Origin: Squalus acanthias
Lineage: Eukaryota
DNA length: 64,000 nt
Direction: 5' to 3'
Assembly (NCBI GenBank): GCA_030390025.1
Contig: CM059429.1
Location: forward strand, 30,752,001 to 30,816,000
The position numbers and the translations under genes were made by a program. Below are positions 23,300 to 35,700 of the stretch, piece after piece. The notes under the pieces were generated by a model that saw nothing but the letters and a program-made list of their open reading frames with translations, was not told where the DNA came from and searched no databases. Each line of letters opens with the position of its first letter. Position 1 is the first letter of the stretch.

Positions 23300-24090
23300 A
23301 TCACCAACCATCTCCACCCTCCCTTTTCCCCACAACCTCCTGTTTGAATCTCTCCAATCCATTTTCCACCTTTCCACAACTGTCCTATCCAAAGACACAC
23401 ACAATATCCTTTGTGACTATGACTGTGGTGTATAATGCCTCTTCATCCTCATTTACCTCTCTAGCCTTTGAGATGGTTGATCACACCATTCCAGTGCCTC
23501 TCCTCTTGTCCAGTTTGTTGGGACAGCCCTCATTTGGTTCCACTCTTGCCTATCAGATGACGGCCATCGCAATTCTACAATGGCTTCTCCTCTGAACCCT
23601 ACACCATTACCTCGGGAAGTTTCCCAAGGATTCCTGGCCCCATTTTCATCTACAATGCTTGCTCCCAGATATGGGGTTAGCTTCCACATGTATGCTGATG
23701 ACATCCAGCAGTACCTCTCTCGACCTCTCCACTGCCTCTGTGCTACTGGATTGCTTGTCCAATATTCAGTTTTGGATGAGCCATAATTTCCTCCAGCTGA
23801 ACATTGGGAAAACCATTGTCTTTGGTTTCTGGTACAACTCCATCTCTCTCCCTCGCCACTGTCTCATGCTGAACAAGATTGTTCGCAACCTTTTGAATCC
23901 TATTCGAACCGGAGTTGAAATTCTGACTCTATATCCTTTCCATCACAAAAACTGCCTACTTTCACCTCCGTAACATAACCTGCCTCTGCCCTACCTGAGG
24001 CCATCTGCTGCTGAAACCTTCATTCATGTCTTTTGTCACATCCAGACTTGATTACTCCCATCCTACAGTCTCTGTAAATTTCAGCTCTTT
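23300..24090 (+). mobile_element. Old L2 LINE RT fragment
   Basis: GVSFHMYADDIQ, CLSNIQFWMSHNFLQLNIGKT and FVTSRLDYS in shifting frames. Confidence 0.8.
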
Positions 24091-24464
24091 CTTTCAATCT
24101 GGAAACTTAGGTTTTGTCGATTTGCATGGAATCTGCAAAAAATATAAATATGCATATTTTAAGAGCTTGCAGAAATTCTGTGCTTATCGATTTCCACAAA
24201 CTTGGGTCATGTTTACATCTACTTGTAACATTGCTTTCCTTAATCAGTAAATGATGAAGAGGTGGGGATGCGTACTGCTGCTTATCATGACACTGCCAGG
24301 GAAGGGGAATATTTATTCCTCCTGTCATTATTACAGACATTGAGCATAGCTTGAACAGAAAGAAATGAATAAAAAAAAAAGCCACAATAATAAATTACTT
24401 GATTTAAATGAATTGCTTTGCCTTGTTGAAATCAGAAATTAAGGAACTTTTATTTTGCTTACAG

Positions 24465-24581
24465 ATGTAAGGAAGAGAAGACCGACATGTTTTCGTGGAA
24501 TTCTCTGTTTCTTCCAGAATACCAGAAGACGTAGAGAAGATAGACGAGTTAATAGCATTCGGAATGGTATAGAACAAGAAG
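24465..24581 (+). CDS. C2orf72: C2orf72 coding exon 2
   Basis: ttttattttgcttacAG acceptor and aag|GTAAAT donor; 117 nt, phase 1-1, in frame with exon 1. Encodes DVRKRRPTCFRGILCFFQNTRRRRED...EQE, resembling recalled human [23 protein letters not shown] in size and motif. Confidence 0.72.
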
Positions 24582-25120
24582 GTAAATGGGAAAAAGACAA
24601 TGGGCTGGATTTTCATAGGGCCGTTGAGGCGGGATTGGAGGCGTGTGGGGGGTTAAAATTGCAGAAACTGACGGGCGGGCCCGATCCTGTCTCCACGCAA
24701 TTTTGATGAAATCGTGTCTACTGGTCCCGTCTCCGTCTCGCCTCCAAGAGGCAGGAGAGGCCATTAATGCCCTTAACAAGCCCTAAATTGGCTCTGTAAT
24801 GCCATTTTGATAGTTTTTTGCTAGTTTAACCCTTTTCCCACGTGAAGCACGCCTGATCTGAAACACACCAGTGAAACCTGGCGGGAGCACAAGTGGATAG
24901 CTGACTCTCAGCTGCAGCTCAACCTTTAAATAGGAGATTTGATCAGCCATCATTTGCAGGTGGCAGGACTTTGTTGTCACAGGTCTGGGGGAACTTTTAG
25001 AAGGCATAACCACAGCTCTGGAAGTTTAGAGCCTGACACCCATCTCCAGTGTGACCTCCTGGGAAACCCCTCTCGCCACCCTCATTGAGTGCTTCCTCAA
25101 CTGAGGCATATACCAGAGGC

Positions 25121-26272
25121 ATGGGAGCCATTTATTTCCTTCCCTCCTGGGCATCAGATGAGGACGAACACCAGCCGCGGCAACAGCAGCAGCAACAGCA
25201 GGAGCGCCAAGCTGCTGCTCACCCACCTGAAGCTGCACAGGCCAGAAGGGGCCAGGAGATACCCCCCAAACAGGGTCTACAGACAGAGGGTCAGCTACCT
25301 CAACATGTCTGAGCAGCAGTGCCAAAGGCGGCTCCGACTTTCGCGAGAGGTAGTGGGTGACATCTGCGCAATGCTGCAACAAGACCTGAAGTCCAGAGGA
25401 TCAGGTGGACAACCCTTACCAGTGGCCGTCAAAGTCACCACCGCACTCAACTTTTTTGCCTCAGCCTCATTCCAGGGATCAGCAGCAGACATCAGCGGCA
25501 TCTCTCAGGCGGCCGCATACACCTGCATCACGCAGGTAACCGATGCCCTCTTTGCCATCGCGCACAATCACATCCATTTTACCAAGGATCGAGCTAGTGT
25601 CACAGCGCCTGCAGTTGGATTAGCTAATCTGGCAGGCTTTCCAAGGGTGCAGGGTGTCGTTGACTGCACACATGTGGCCCTTAAGGCACCCCATCACAAT
25701 CCAGGTATTTTTGTCAACCGCAAGGGCTTCCACTGCCTCAACGTTCAGCTGGCGTGTGACTATAAGAAGGAAGTTTTGCATGTTTGTGCCATGACTCCTT
25801 CATACTGCGCCAGTCTAGTGTGCCTCCGCTATTCAGTCCGCCAGACCAACTTAACGGATGGCTACTTGGAGACAAGGGCTATCCCCTGAAGACGTGGCTA
25901 ATGACACCGTTAAGGAGCCCATCCAACGCAGCTGAGGAGAGCTACAACTCCAGCCACATTTCCACCAGAATCGAACAAACCATCGGTATGCTGAAGATGC
26001 GCTTCAGATGCCTGGATAGATCAGGTGGAGCCCTGCAATACTCAGCAGCCAGGGTCTCCAGCATCGTCGTGGTTTGCTGTGCACTTCCCAACATGGCACA
26101 GCATCGTGGCTTGCAGATGCCGGAGGACCAAATGGCTCCTCACATAGCCTCCAAGGAGGAGGAGAGAGAGAACGAACATCTTGCAGAGGCCCATCAACCA
26201 GCGGCAGCATTACGCGAGACCATAGCTGCCCGGAATGCAAGGGACGCACTCATCTTGGCCAGATTTGCTTAG
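25121..26272 (+). pseudogene. Harbinger (HARBI1-like) DDE transposase with at least two frameshifts
   Basis: MGAIYFLPSW...polyQ / RRYPPNRVYRQR...GVVDCTHVAL...NRKGFHCLNVQ / CHDSFIL...[10 protein letters not shown]...[16 protein letters not shown]. The catalytic D-D-E motifs are recognisable; the PGS segment is deleted near 25787. Confidence 0.92.
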
Positions 26273-26529
26273 CCTAGACAATCAAGCACTTTTGCCTCGC
26301 AGCTTCTTACCAGAGCTACGACAATGGCCCAGACCCAGCGGATCCCTAACAATTTGACCACCATACTGACAATTGCAAGTTATCCTAAGGCCTCATTGTC
26401 GAAGTCCCATTAGCGAAATGACAGACGCCACAACTGCAGCTGTAGCCATCAGAGTTTTTATTTACACTTAACATCTGATGGCTTTTTTACATTAAACATC
26501 AAATTTCACCCAAGTGACTACCCTTGTGA

Positions 26530-28439
26530 CTATTTGTGCAGTATCTTTCTCTTACACGTGCTCCTACGTGGTGCTTCCCCTGTGGATTCAGCAGAGGTGG
26601 AGGCCCCCTGCTCAGTTTGTTGCTGCTCCTGTCTCGGCACCTTTGGCGGGCGTACTCTGGGGTTGCGAACCTGCAAGGGCTCGGCAACAGTCTGCTGCTC
26701 CTGCGGCTGGGCAGGGGTTGAGACGCCGATCTCAGTTGGGTGGGGCTCTGACCGAGAACTTGTCAGTGGCATGGAAGTGTGAGCGCTTGGAGAGGAGCCC
26801 CCACCTCCTTGTTGTCTGCCACCAACATCCCTCTCATGGGTCAGGTCCCCCTCAGCGCTTGCAAGTAGATTGAGAGCACCTTGCTGCACATCAGGGGGGC
26901 CATGGGGACCCGTATCTGCACTGGCAGTCCCACTCAGAAGGACTTCCATGAAGGTCTGGTTTCTCTGTTTACTAGATGTCCATCGCTCCTCCAGAGATGT
27001 CATTCTATTCAGAACACTCACCATGTTTTCTGCACTCTGGCGACTTATCACCTCCATGGAGGTTGCCATCCTTTCCATGGTGATGCGTTCATGCGCCAAT
27101 GACTCCCCAAAGGCTCTGCTGATGTTCGCTATGGACTCCTCCATTCGCTCCACACTCGCAGCGACCCTGGAGACAAAACCTGTCAGAGACTCCTGCATCT
27201 GTTCCTGGAGTCCCAGCACCACTGATCTTGTGGATGGACCCAGAGGCATAGGGTCGACATGCAGCTGAGCCGAGCTAGGAGAGTCCTGCGCCCTCCGACT
27301 AGGACTCTCCACTGCTGTCCCTGTCTCCACCATCTGCTGATGCTCACTTGTGAGCTGTGATACACCAGCTGACAACACTACTCTATGTCCCGAGGGTCCC
27401 ACTGAGGTGTGTCTCTCTGCGCTGGTGCTGGGTGCGCTGAATTCTGCTGACGCTGCGCCCTCAGAGGTTGCAGCTTCCTCTGAGGAGTCTGGATGCTCAG
27501 GCTGGTCCTCCTGGCTAGTGGGGACGGGTGCTTGCGATAGTCCTGTGGGGGAGTAAAGGAAAGAGTCAGAGATGTGATGCCAAGGTTACATGCACATTGC
27601 ATATTGCAGATGATCATAAATCCATCTGTTAGAGCTTCAGATATTTTATCAGCGACTCATGCAATCTCAATGAGAGAGATGGAACACTATTCAGTCACCA
27701 GCTTGCTGTGATGCACCCGTCTGTCCGTCCCCCACTTGTGTCTCGTCCTCCACTCCCACGAGCTCCAGGACCGCATCCCCCCAGGGGTGAGCTGGGCTAA
27801 TGAAGGTGGCCCTCCTCCTGTCCTGGCTCTTTCCCTTTTATTATGAGCTCTCTTTTCCTGCAATGAGGGAGACAAGTGGAGTTTGAGTGAGATTGAAGGA
27901 GTGAGTGTAGAGAGTCCATAGCATAGATGCTTAGAAGGAGACAAAGATGGAGTGAGGTGGCAAGACCAAGGGCCCTCCCTGTGTGTTGTAAGTTGTTTTC
28001 ATAGCATGACAGGATAGGGAGTGTGAGGGCTGCATAGTCGAATAGTAAGGTGAATGTGACCATAGAGGGAGAGGGAATGGGTAAGGGTGCATGGATATCA
28101 GTGTCAAGTGGGATATGGAGGAAGAGGTTGCTAAAGCTGAGTGCTGGTGAGGAGAGGCAATGGGGATCAGATTGAGGGTGAAGGGAAAGTCATACTCACT
28201 TTTGCAGTGCGTAGAAGGTCATGAAACCTCTTCCTGCACTGGATCCAGGTTCTGCGGGTGATGGATAAAGAGTTGACCTCCTGGGCGACCTGGACCCACA
28301 CAGCCTTGGTCTGCTGGGGAGGCTTCTTCCTCCCTGAGGAAGGGACGAGCACCTCTCTGTTGGCTCTTGCTCCCTTCACTAAAGCTTGCAGGGCAATGTC
28401 ATCGAACCTGGGAGCAGACCTGGGTCTTTGGCTGGCCAT
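26530..28439 (-). pseudogene. Harbinger Myb/SANT-like gene, 3 exons (28439-28200, 27857-27699, 27542-26530)
   Basis: Exon 1 (240 nt) MASQRPRSAPRFDD...W...RTWIQCRKRFHDL, then GTGAGT donor. Exon 2 EKRAHNKRERARTGGGPP is 159 nt, one base short of frame. Exon 3 is open to RRSTCKRKILHK*. Confidence 0.87.
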
Positions 28440-28819
28440 TCCTCCTGCAGTTGCCTCTAAGATACAAACCCAGAAGCTTGGCAGTCTGCAGAAGAAGCAA
28501 GGCTTGTTGCAGACCTTAAATGCAGCAGCAATGATGACGTCATCGGAGGCGACTTTCAGACTGGAATAACTCACTGGCCATGGGTTCCCACACGTTGGAA
28601 CTCAATTGGCCAATTAAGTTAGTCGCATCACTCTCCCACATCGATCTAGATTCGGGTGGGCAACACGAAAAGCGGATAACACGACCCCAACCCGCCCCAG
28701 TATCAAAATCCAGCCCAAAGTCTCTTTTTTAAACGGGTGCAAAATTTTAAACTTATTGATTTGCCTGTGGTTTATGGTTGTCTTGTGCTTTTCAAATAAA
28801 CTGAATCTTCATGCGTGCT

Positions 28820-30430
28820 TCATAGAATAGTACAGCACAGGGGAGACCATTTGGCCCATTGAGCCTGCGCCAGCTCTTTCGAACAGCAATCCAGTTAGTC
28901 CTACTCTCCTGCAACGTTCCCTCTGCGTGGCCGCGCACCTATCTGCCGGTCCCGCAGAGCCCGGGACTGGCTTTTTCAATGTAAACTGTGAATGGGATCG
29001 CACCCAAAAAAAAGAGGGAACGTTGCTCTCCTGTTCTTTCCCCATATTCCTGCAATTTTTTCTCCAAGTATTTATCCGATTCCCTTTTGAAGGCTACTAT
29101 TGAATCTGTGTATCCACCACCCTATCAGGCAGTGCGTTCCACTCATTCCGTACAAAGGTTTTTCCATATGTCGCATCTGGTTCTTTTGCCAATCACCTTA
29201 AATCTGTGCCCTCTGGTTATCGACCCTTCAGCCATTGGAAACAGTTTCTCATCTTAACCCTTCATGATTTTAAACACCTCTATCAAATCTCCTCTTGGCT
29301 TTCTCTGCTCTACGGAGAACAATCCCAGCGTCTCCAGTCTATCCACATAACTGTAATCTCTCATCCTGAAACTATTCTAGTAAATCTTTTCTGTACCCTC
29401 TCCAAAGCCTTCACATCTTTTCTAAAGTGTGATGCCCAGAATTGGACACAATACTCCAGCTGGGGCCAAACTAGTGTTTTATATAGGTTTAGCATAACTT
29501 CCTGGCTTTTGTACTCTATGGGGGAAAAATTCAGTATCGCCCCATTTGGGGCACAATTATCGGCCGGGCGCAAAGATTAGCGCCTGGCGCTAATTATCAC
29601 CACCGACTGCAAACTTGGTTTTTATCGCCCCTGGAGGTGATTGGAGCGCTAAATCAGGCGCTTCACACCTGTCTTAAGGCGCAAAGGCCGAAGAGCGAGG
29701 CACTACCTCAGAGCGCTGGCGAAGCTCATGTGATGTCAGTCAGCAATGGAACAGAAGACACACTGGCGCCGGCCAGTTCTTAAAGGGGAGGGCTGATCTT
29801 GCTCTCCATCCACATCCTGCTCATTGCAGCCTTGAATCTCGGCCTGGAGAGACCTGCACATCAAATCTGCTGGAAAGAACAATGGAGAGAACCAGGGAAA
29901 GAGCTCAGAGTGCAGCCCTCACAGTCTCTTCTAAATAGATGCAAGGAAGGGCAAATCAAAATGAACCTGCAAAGTGCAGCTCAGTACCCAAAACTCCTTC
30001 ACACGGCGTTGAATCTCTCCAGAAGTGTCTCTCTCTCTCAGAATGCATGGTGCAAAAATGTCACCAACAAAAAAAGGCAGGAAGTGTTCGCCTTTAAATA
30101 GCGCTCCCCCAGTCCCTTCCTGACTGCAAAACGCTCCCCTCAACCTGTCGTTGCTAGCGGCAGGGGGCGCCACTCAATATCCGCTCCGGGGCGTTGCGCA
30201 CTCGATTGACGTCACGATCTGCCGGCACAGGAGATCATGGCGGTAGTGTTTAGCGCCGCCGCAAAATGTCTAGTTAATTTCGCGAGCGGCGCAAACATCG
30301 CCGCGCCCGGGCGCTAGTTGCTTTGCGCCCCATTAGCGCCCTCTTAAGGCGCTAACGGGAGGCGCAACCAACTGAATTTTTCCCCCTATGCCTCTATTTA
30401 TAAAGCTCAGGATCACATATGTTTTATTAA
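28820..30430 (-). mobile_element. CR1 3' fragment interrupted by a MITE
   Basis: IEYKSQEVMLNLYKTLVWPQLEYCVQFW...ALERVQKRFTR; same family as 39597-40757. Confidence 0.85.
29520..30386. mobile_element. GC-rich non-autonomous PIF/Harbinger-type element (MITE)
   Basis: Perfect 16-bp TIRs GGGGGAAAAATTCAGT / ACTGAATTTTTCCCCC; TSD TAT, confirmed by the empty site tttgtactcTATgcctctattt in the sister CR1 at about 40192-40213. Confidence 0.93.
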
Positions 30431-32350
30431 CTGCTTTGTTAACCTGTCCTGCCACCTTCAAAGATTTGTGCACAAGCATCCCCAGGTCTCTGTTGTTTCA
30501 CCACGTGCTTCTATTAACTTACTGAACTAGGATTGCTAATTATTAACTTGACTGTTTGCAACTCAACTGTGCATAAATAATGCAACTTGTAGGTGCATAA
30601 GATGTTGAATTTACTTGGAGATTGACGTTAACTGACTATACAGTTAAACTGTTTTCAGAGTCTCAATTTCTGGTTATTGTAATATCAGCTGTCATAAGTA
30701 AGCCTTCATGTCTGTAGAAGTTTGAATGCATGTATGTTGAGTGTGTTGCCTGTTGTGTATCAAAAGTGTTTGTACTGTGAATTAATTAATCCATGTTAAC
30801 TGTACAGTTAGCTCTGGCTGATAAATCTAATTGTTCTGGCCTAACTGCTGCCCCAGTTGAGATTAGTTAACTCTGGAAACCAAAGCTGGAACCTTTCATT
30901 TAATTGCAGGCAGATTTATTGCCCTGAGGACATTAAGAGTCATCCACATAGTGCGGAACTGTAGTTATGTATAAACTAGAGTGGGTAGTCATGGCAGATT
31001 CCCCTCCCTGAAGATGGGTGTTTACAACAATTTGTTCATTTTCTAATGTTAGCCCGCAATGTGACTTGAACTTAACCTCTGGGTTGCTAGTCCAGTACCA
31101 TAACAACTAAGCTGCCAGACTCATCTCTACATCAAGTGGGGCTGTTGTCCACTAGGCCATCTGGGGTGGGGGATGGGGGGTAGCTCTCCTGTTTAAAGGG
31201 TTAATCTAAATAAATATTGGGAATTATGTGATGTTTTCTGTTTTTAAAAAAAAAAACTTTCCTTTAAAGCTGCTCCTTGTCTTCCGACGTAGCTGGAATT
31301 TCATCCTTAGCAGATCAGAACTCCATTTCCTATGTTCAAAATAACATTAGAGTCTGGGGGAGATCTGGATTCAAATCCAACCCAGAATGATGGATTGAAT
31401 GTTTCCACTTTCTGATTGCTGCAAGGGTACTCTGTAAAATGAGTTGGGGCTGTTTTCATCCAATTCCCAGTGAATGCTGGCTCTTAGCATAAAACTGTCA
31501 TTAATTGACAATCTCACTGAGTGCCCACAGAATGACTGATGTGGGGGAATGGGGAAAAATATCAGTGGTGCAGGTGGAACTGCTGTTCTGAGGTTGGACC
31601 GAAGCACGCTGTTGGGGCAGAGTAGAAGGAGTTTAACTCGACATCTCTGTGCTATACCTGACCTCGGACTACTTGATGCTTGCTGCCGTAAAATCGAAAA
31701 TGTTTCATTCCCCAGCTCTGCTGTCCCTTATATTGATGAGCACAAGTCAAATGGACTGAAATAAACACTGAAAATAATACAGTTTTGAATCTGTTTAGCT
31801 TTAAAACAAATGATAACAAGGGACCATATTTGAAATACTTGCGTCTTGTATTTTTTTAGGAATACCCAAGGATGCTGGGACAGAGGCTGCTTCACAACAA
31901 TTGAGAATGGGTCCATCCATGGTTGATGCCTGTAAAAATGACCTACAGATTGACTCGAGTGGAAATAATGGACTGAATATGGAAACTGAAGTTTAAATGA
32001 TTTTTTATAAACCACCATTTTCTACGTCTGCACATTTATTAAGGAGTATCAGGACCTGCTGAGGAAAAACAAATTAAATACTTGATTTTCCAGATGCGAC
32101 ATTTTCCCTTTTTTTTTCAGTGCATTGATTGGGGAGTTGTTAGTCTGGATTATCTGAGCAAATTCTTACTCCAGAATAATTTGAAGTATATGATGGTGTT
32201 GTAGTTCACATGGTTGACTTAACCTATGATCAGAAGGTATGCACATTTGTTTTTAGATTTCTTCCACTCAAACCCATTCACCAACTGTAAAAATGGGAGG
32301 AGAGTCCTGACATAGTCCAGCTCACTGTTTTTGAATCAACTCCTTTGCAG

Positions 32351-32505
32351 AAGATGTGTTTGACAATGATGAGGAGAGAAGTCTTTATGCCAGACTTCTG
32401 CCAGGTGAAGAGAAATATGCAAAACTGGAAAAGGTTTGCCTGAGAATATTTCAAATCCCTGCCTCTTCTGTCATCCATCATTTTTTATTTAATACATCTG
32501 AGTGA
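32351..32505 (+). CDS. C2orf72: Probable C2orf72 terminal coding exon 3
   Basis: ctcctttgcAG acceptor, phase 1. (E)DVFDNDEERSLYARLLPGE aligns without gaps to recalled human (E)DFQEPEEELPLTAIFPNGD. Stop TGA at 32503-32505; AATAAA at 32545-32550. Internal donors at 32405 and 32434 are possible. Confidence 0.55.
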
Positions 32506-35332
32506 AAATCTATCCAGTGAAGAACACAAGGATATTTTCATATAAATAAAACCATAATTTTATAACACTATTTTAAAAAGACTATTGCCAGTTTAGTGTG
32601 TATCAGCAAGCTTTTACTACAATCTGTCACTGATGTAAAGTTTTTTTTTAAAGTAAGTTTATTCCAATTAGTTCTCATTTCTGTTTGCTCACAAAAGAAA
32701 TAGGATATTGCCTTTTTAAAATAATTTGAGTTTTTAAAAAAAGTATATGGTTACCTATTGTAAAGACAATACACGTCTGATTAAACTTAACATTTTGAGT
32801 GGTTTGAACCAACATAAAATTATAATAGAAATGTTGATGCCACTGAGGGTCAAACAAATGAAACAAATATGTAAAAGTGGGTCAGTTAGTGAACAAAACC
32901 CAAGGGAACCGACTTGAATTTTCTTTTGAAGTCAACAAATGGAGTCAAAGATTTATAAAGATCTTTCTTGCTCTAGCTACAGAGAGCATATATTTTAACT
33001 TTTTGATGGAGATTACATGATGCAATTAACCCACTATATCTGTTTGAGTGGAGTGAAAAGGAATCTCCTCTTGATGATAATACCAGGATATGTAAATCCA
33101 ATTTTGTTTGAGTAACATGGTAACCATGCAAGAAGGTGCACTGGGATAGGTAGTCCAGTCCATTGTTGGGCTGATGTTAAAACACTTGTCTGCATTCAGA
33201 TAATTCTGTGTAAAGAATGAAATCAATTTTTTGAGAATGGAAAATGAGGAACAAACACCATTGCAGAGGGCTTGGCTCAACAAAGTCACCTACTCCAGAG
33301 ATAGGGTGAGTCACATATGGAAGAAAATCAGCACTAAGCCACCCACCTGAGCTGATGCACTGCACCATTGAAAATATTTGTTTGGGACCATATTTTAATG
33401 GGCCATACAATGGGGTTCTAAAATGTAAAAATATCAGCTGTTTTACATTCCAAAACATCAATCCCCATCGCATTTATAGTTGCCTACTTATTACCACCCT
33501 AGGCTAACATACTTGAATTATGCCAAGTAGCAGGAGACCTCCAAATGTGAAAGCCCCATCGCATCTTTGTGCTTGGGTAAATCTAGGTTGTGTAGTTTAC
33601 GGTCTGGGCTACTGCCTTCAAAACTGTCCAGGTCAGGCTAAATGGTTTCTGTATTTTAAATTTGGAAAAGTCAACTAAGGGGTGGGCAATGTTCATTTAC
33701 TTCGAAAGTAGAGATTACTGGACTACTTGTAGATACTGGTTTTGTGGAGATCAACCTAGGTGGTTTAATGTTGATGCCAAGATATTGAAAGTTATTTTAT
33801 CACTCCACAATAAGGGAAACTATGAATAAACTATGAGGACATGTAAATGAAGCCACAACTTTTCTTTTTATAGTTGGATTGCAGAGGTATTTTATGGTGG
33901 TATGTGGGGGTATGAAAAAAATCTACATAAATGTAGATTTTGTGCTTTCAATCCATCTATGTTCCATAGATAGCATTCACATTATTTCCTTTTAATTTCT
34001 ACATAACCATGGTGCTATCATTTGCTTCAAAATTTTCAGCCACTAAGTATATAGATATGTTTTTGCATTATTTGAATACAGAAGAAAGACTGAACAGTAA
34101 TGTAGACAGAATTGGTTTAATCCATGTTCTCAAAAATCCTGTCTTTTCCCCTCAGTTATGCTGATGACATTGGAGACGGATGAATTTCAGGATGGAAGAC
34201 ATTGTACTGTAAAGATAGGCACATAGAGATTATTAAATAAGCTAGGTGGATAATGAGCTTAAAGAGTTGTTAGGATTGAAACATACAGGCTTTTGAAACA
34301 CCCCCTTTTCATCACAGCAGGGGGTAGTGTAAGAGAAGGAGATTGCTGCAATATAAAAGGCAATATGTTGCTATAGAGCATATGTCAAAGGATTTTGTAC
34401 AACAAAGCTATGGCTCGGGGAAACCAATGATAGGAAGTATGGTGTGAAAAAGCATGAGGCCCTCATCCCTGTTTGGCAATCTGTCTAAACAACTAGGTGG
34501 TCATAAAACATCAATAGTGTTGCATCCAGCAGTAAGCAGGACATAAAGAAAATGGTATAAAAAGAGGTATAATATTTGACATCATAGGAATTTCTCTTTG
34601 CTGACAAGACCAGGTTTGTGAAGAAGCTTGGATAAGCCATTCTCGTGATTTCCCCCAAGAAGTTCCCTGCATGGATAGTTTCAGACGTGAGGCTGATGTG
34701 TACTATTCTGTATGGAATGTTAAATGATGAATGTTTTGAAGAATAAATCAAGTTAATTTTCAGATATATTACTGTCTCTAGCTTTATGAATCTGTTACAA
34801 GGATAAGAAGGAATTATCCAACAGCCACCATCTGACTAAAGCAAAAGAATAACAGTTGGCAGTCCTGTTGTCTTTTGCTGAAGGTGAGGCTGATGGAATG
34901 CAATCCAATAATTCGCTGAACTGCTTGGTGGCTTAAAGCCCTGTCTTACATCAATGGGAGGAAAGAAAAGTGAAAAATGGAAACTAGCAGCCAATTAACT
35001 CCCTGCGATCTGTTTCAAAATGGATAAAGCCCCTTAGCAACCTAATGAGAGGATAGGCGATACTCTGCTGATCCTGTTTGTTTATAGTCAAGCAAGCTGT
35101 GAAAATGTAAACATAATTGATCAAATTAGGACTTGAGGCATTTTTTCTACACTGACAGTTTTGAAATGGAATGTACAGTTGCAGGAGAGTGAGACATTGG
35201 GGATACTAATGTGACTTTTCAGACTGGATAAGCGGGGCTAATAGGCCACAGGGCTGTAGTTCGGACACTTGTTCTATATCAAATGTAGTCCTCAGAGTCT
35301 TTGCCTTTCTTGTCAATTAGGAATTTAGACTT

Positions 35333-35700
35333 TGGGCTCCCCAAATGGCTCAGCAAGTTTATCTGGCGAGTAGCTGAACTGCGCAAACCAGGAAGGTTCC
35401 AGGTTCGATTGTCAATCTGTGTAAGAGCACTGCAGTTGATCTCCGCACCCAGAGATAAAAGTGGGGAAAATCAGCCAAAGTTTTCACTCCTGATCGGTCG
35501 GTCTCCTGTGATTTGTGCTGCAAGTGTGTGTGTGTGTGTGTGCGAAGATAATGTTCTGGCTCAGTTATAATGCTCCCATCATCAAATGGTCTGCTGATAT
35601 TCGCTGCTAAGGTACATATGAATGATGGTCGCTTGGATAAAATACCAGAGAGCAAACTGCACCTGTGGAATCATATCCTAGCATGGAGTCAAATGTTTTC
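35333..35700 (+). mobile_element. Old tRNA-derived SINE (family unassigned)
   Basis: A box TGGCTCAG, B box GGTTCGATT and an internal (TG)n. Related fragments appear at about 48130-48400 (-), 59370-59500 (+) and 61350-61550 (-). Confidence 0.6.

Larger units (their letters stand above)
24602..28716 (+). mobile_element. Harbinger DNA transposon copy 2 (two convergent genes, lightly decayed)
   Basis: TIRs GGGCTGGATTTTCATA / TATCAAAATCCAGCCC (15/16); flanks AAT / AAA (TSD with one mismatch); transposase (+) and Myb/SANT gene (-). Confidence 0.92.

Noticed and set aside
10920-26272. Domesticated HARBI1 or NAIF1/MSANTD host genes
   Set aside because: Both copies retain TIRs and carry frameshifts and deletions, so they are decayed transposons.
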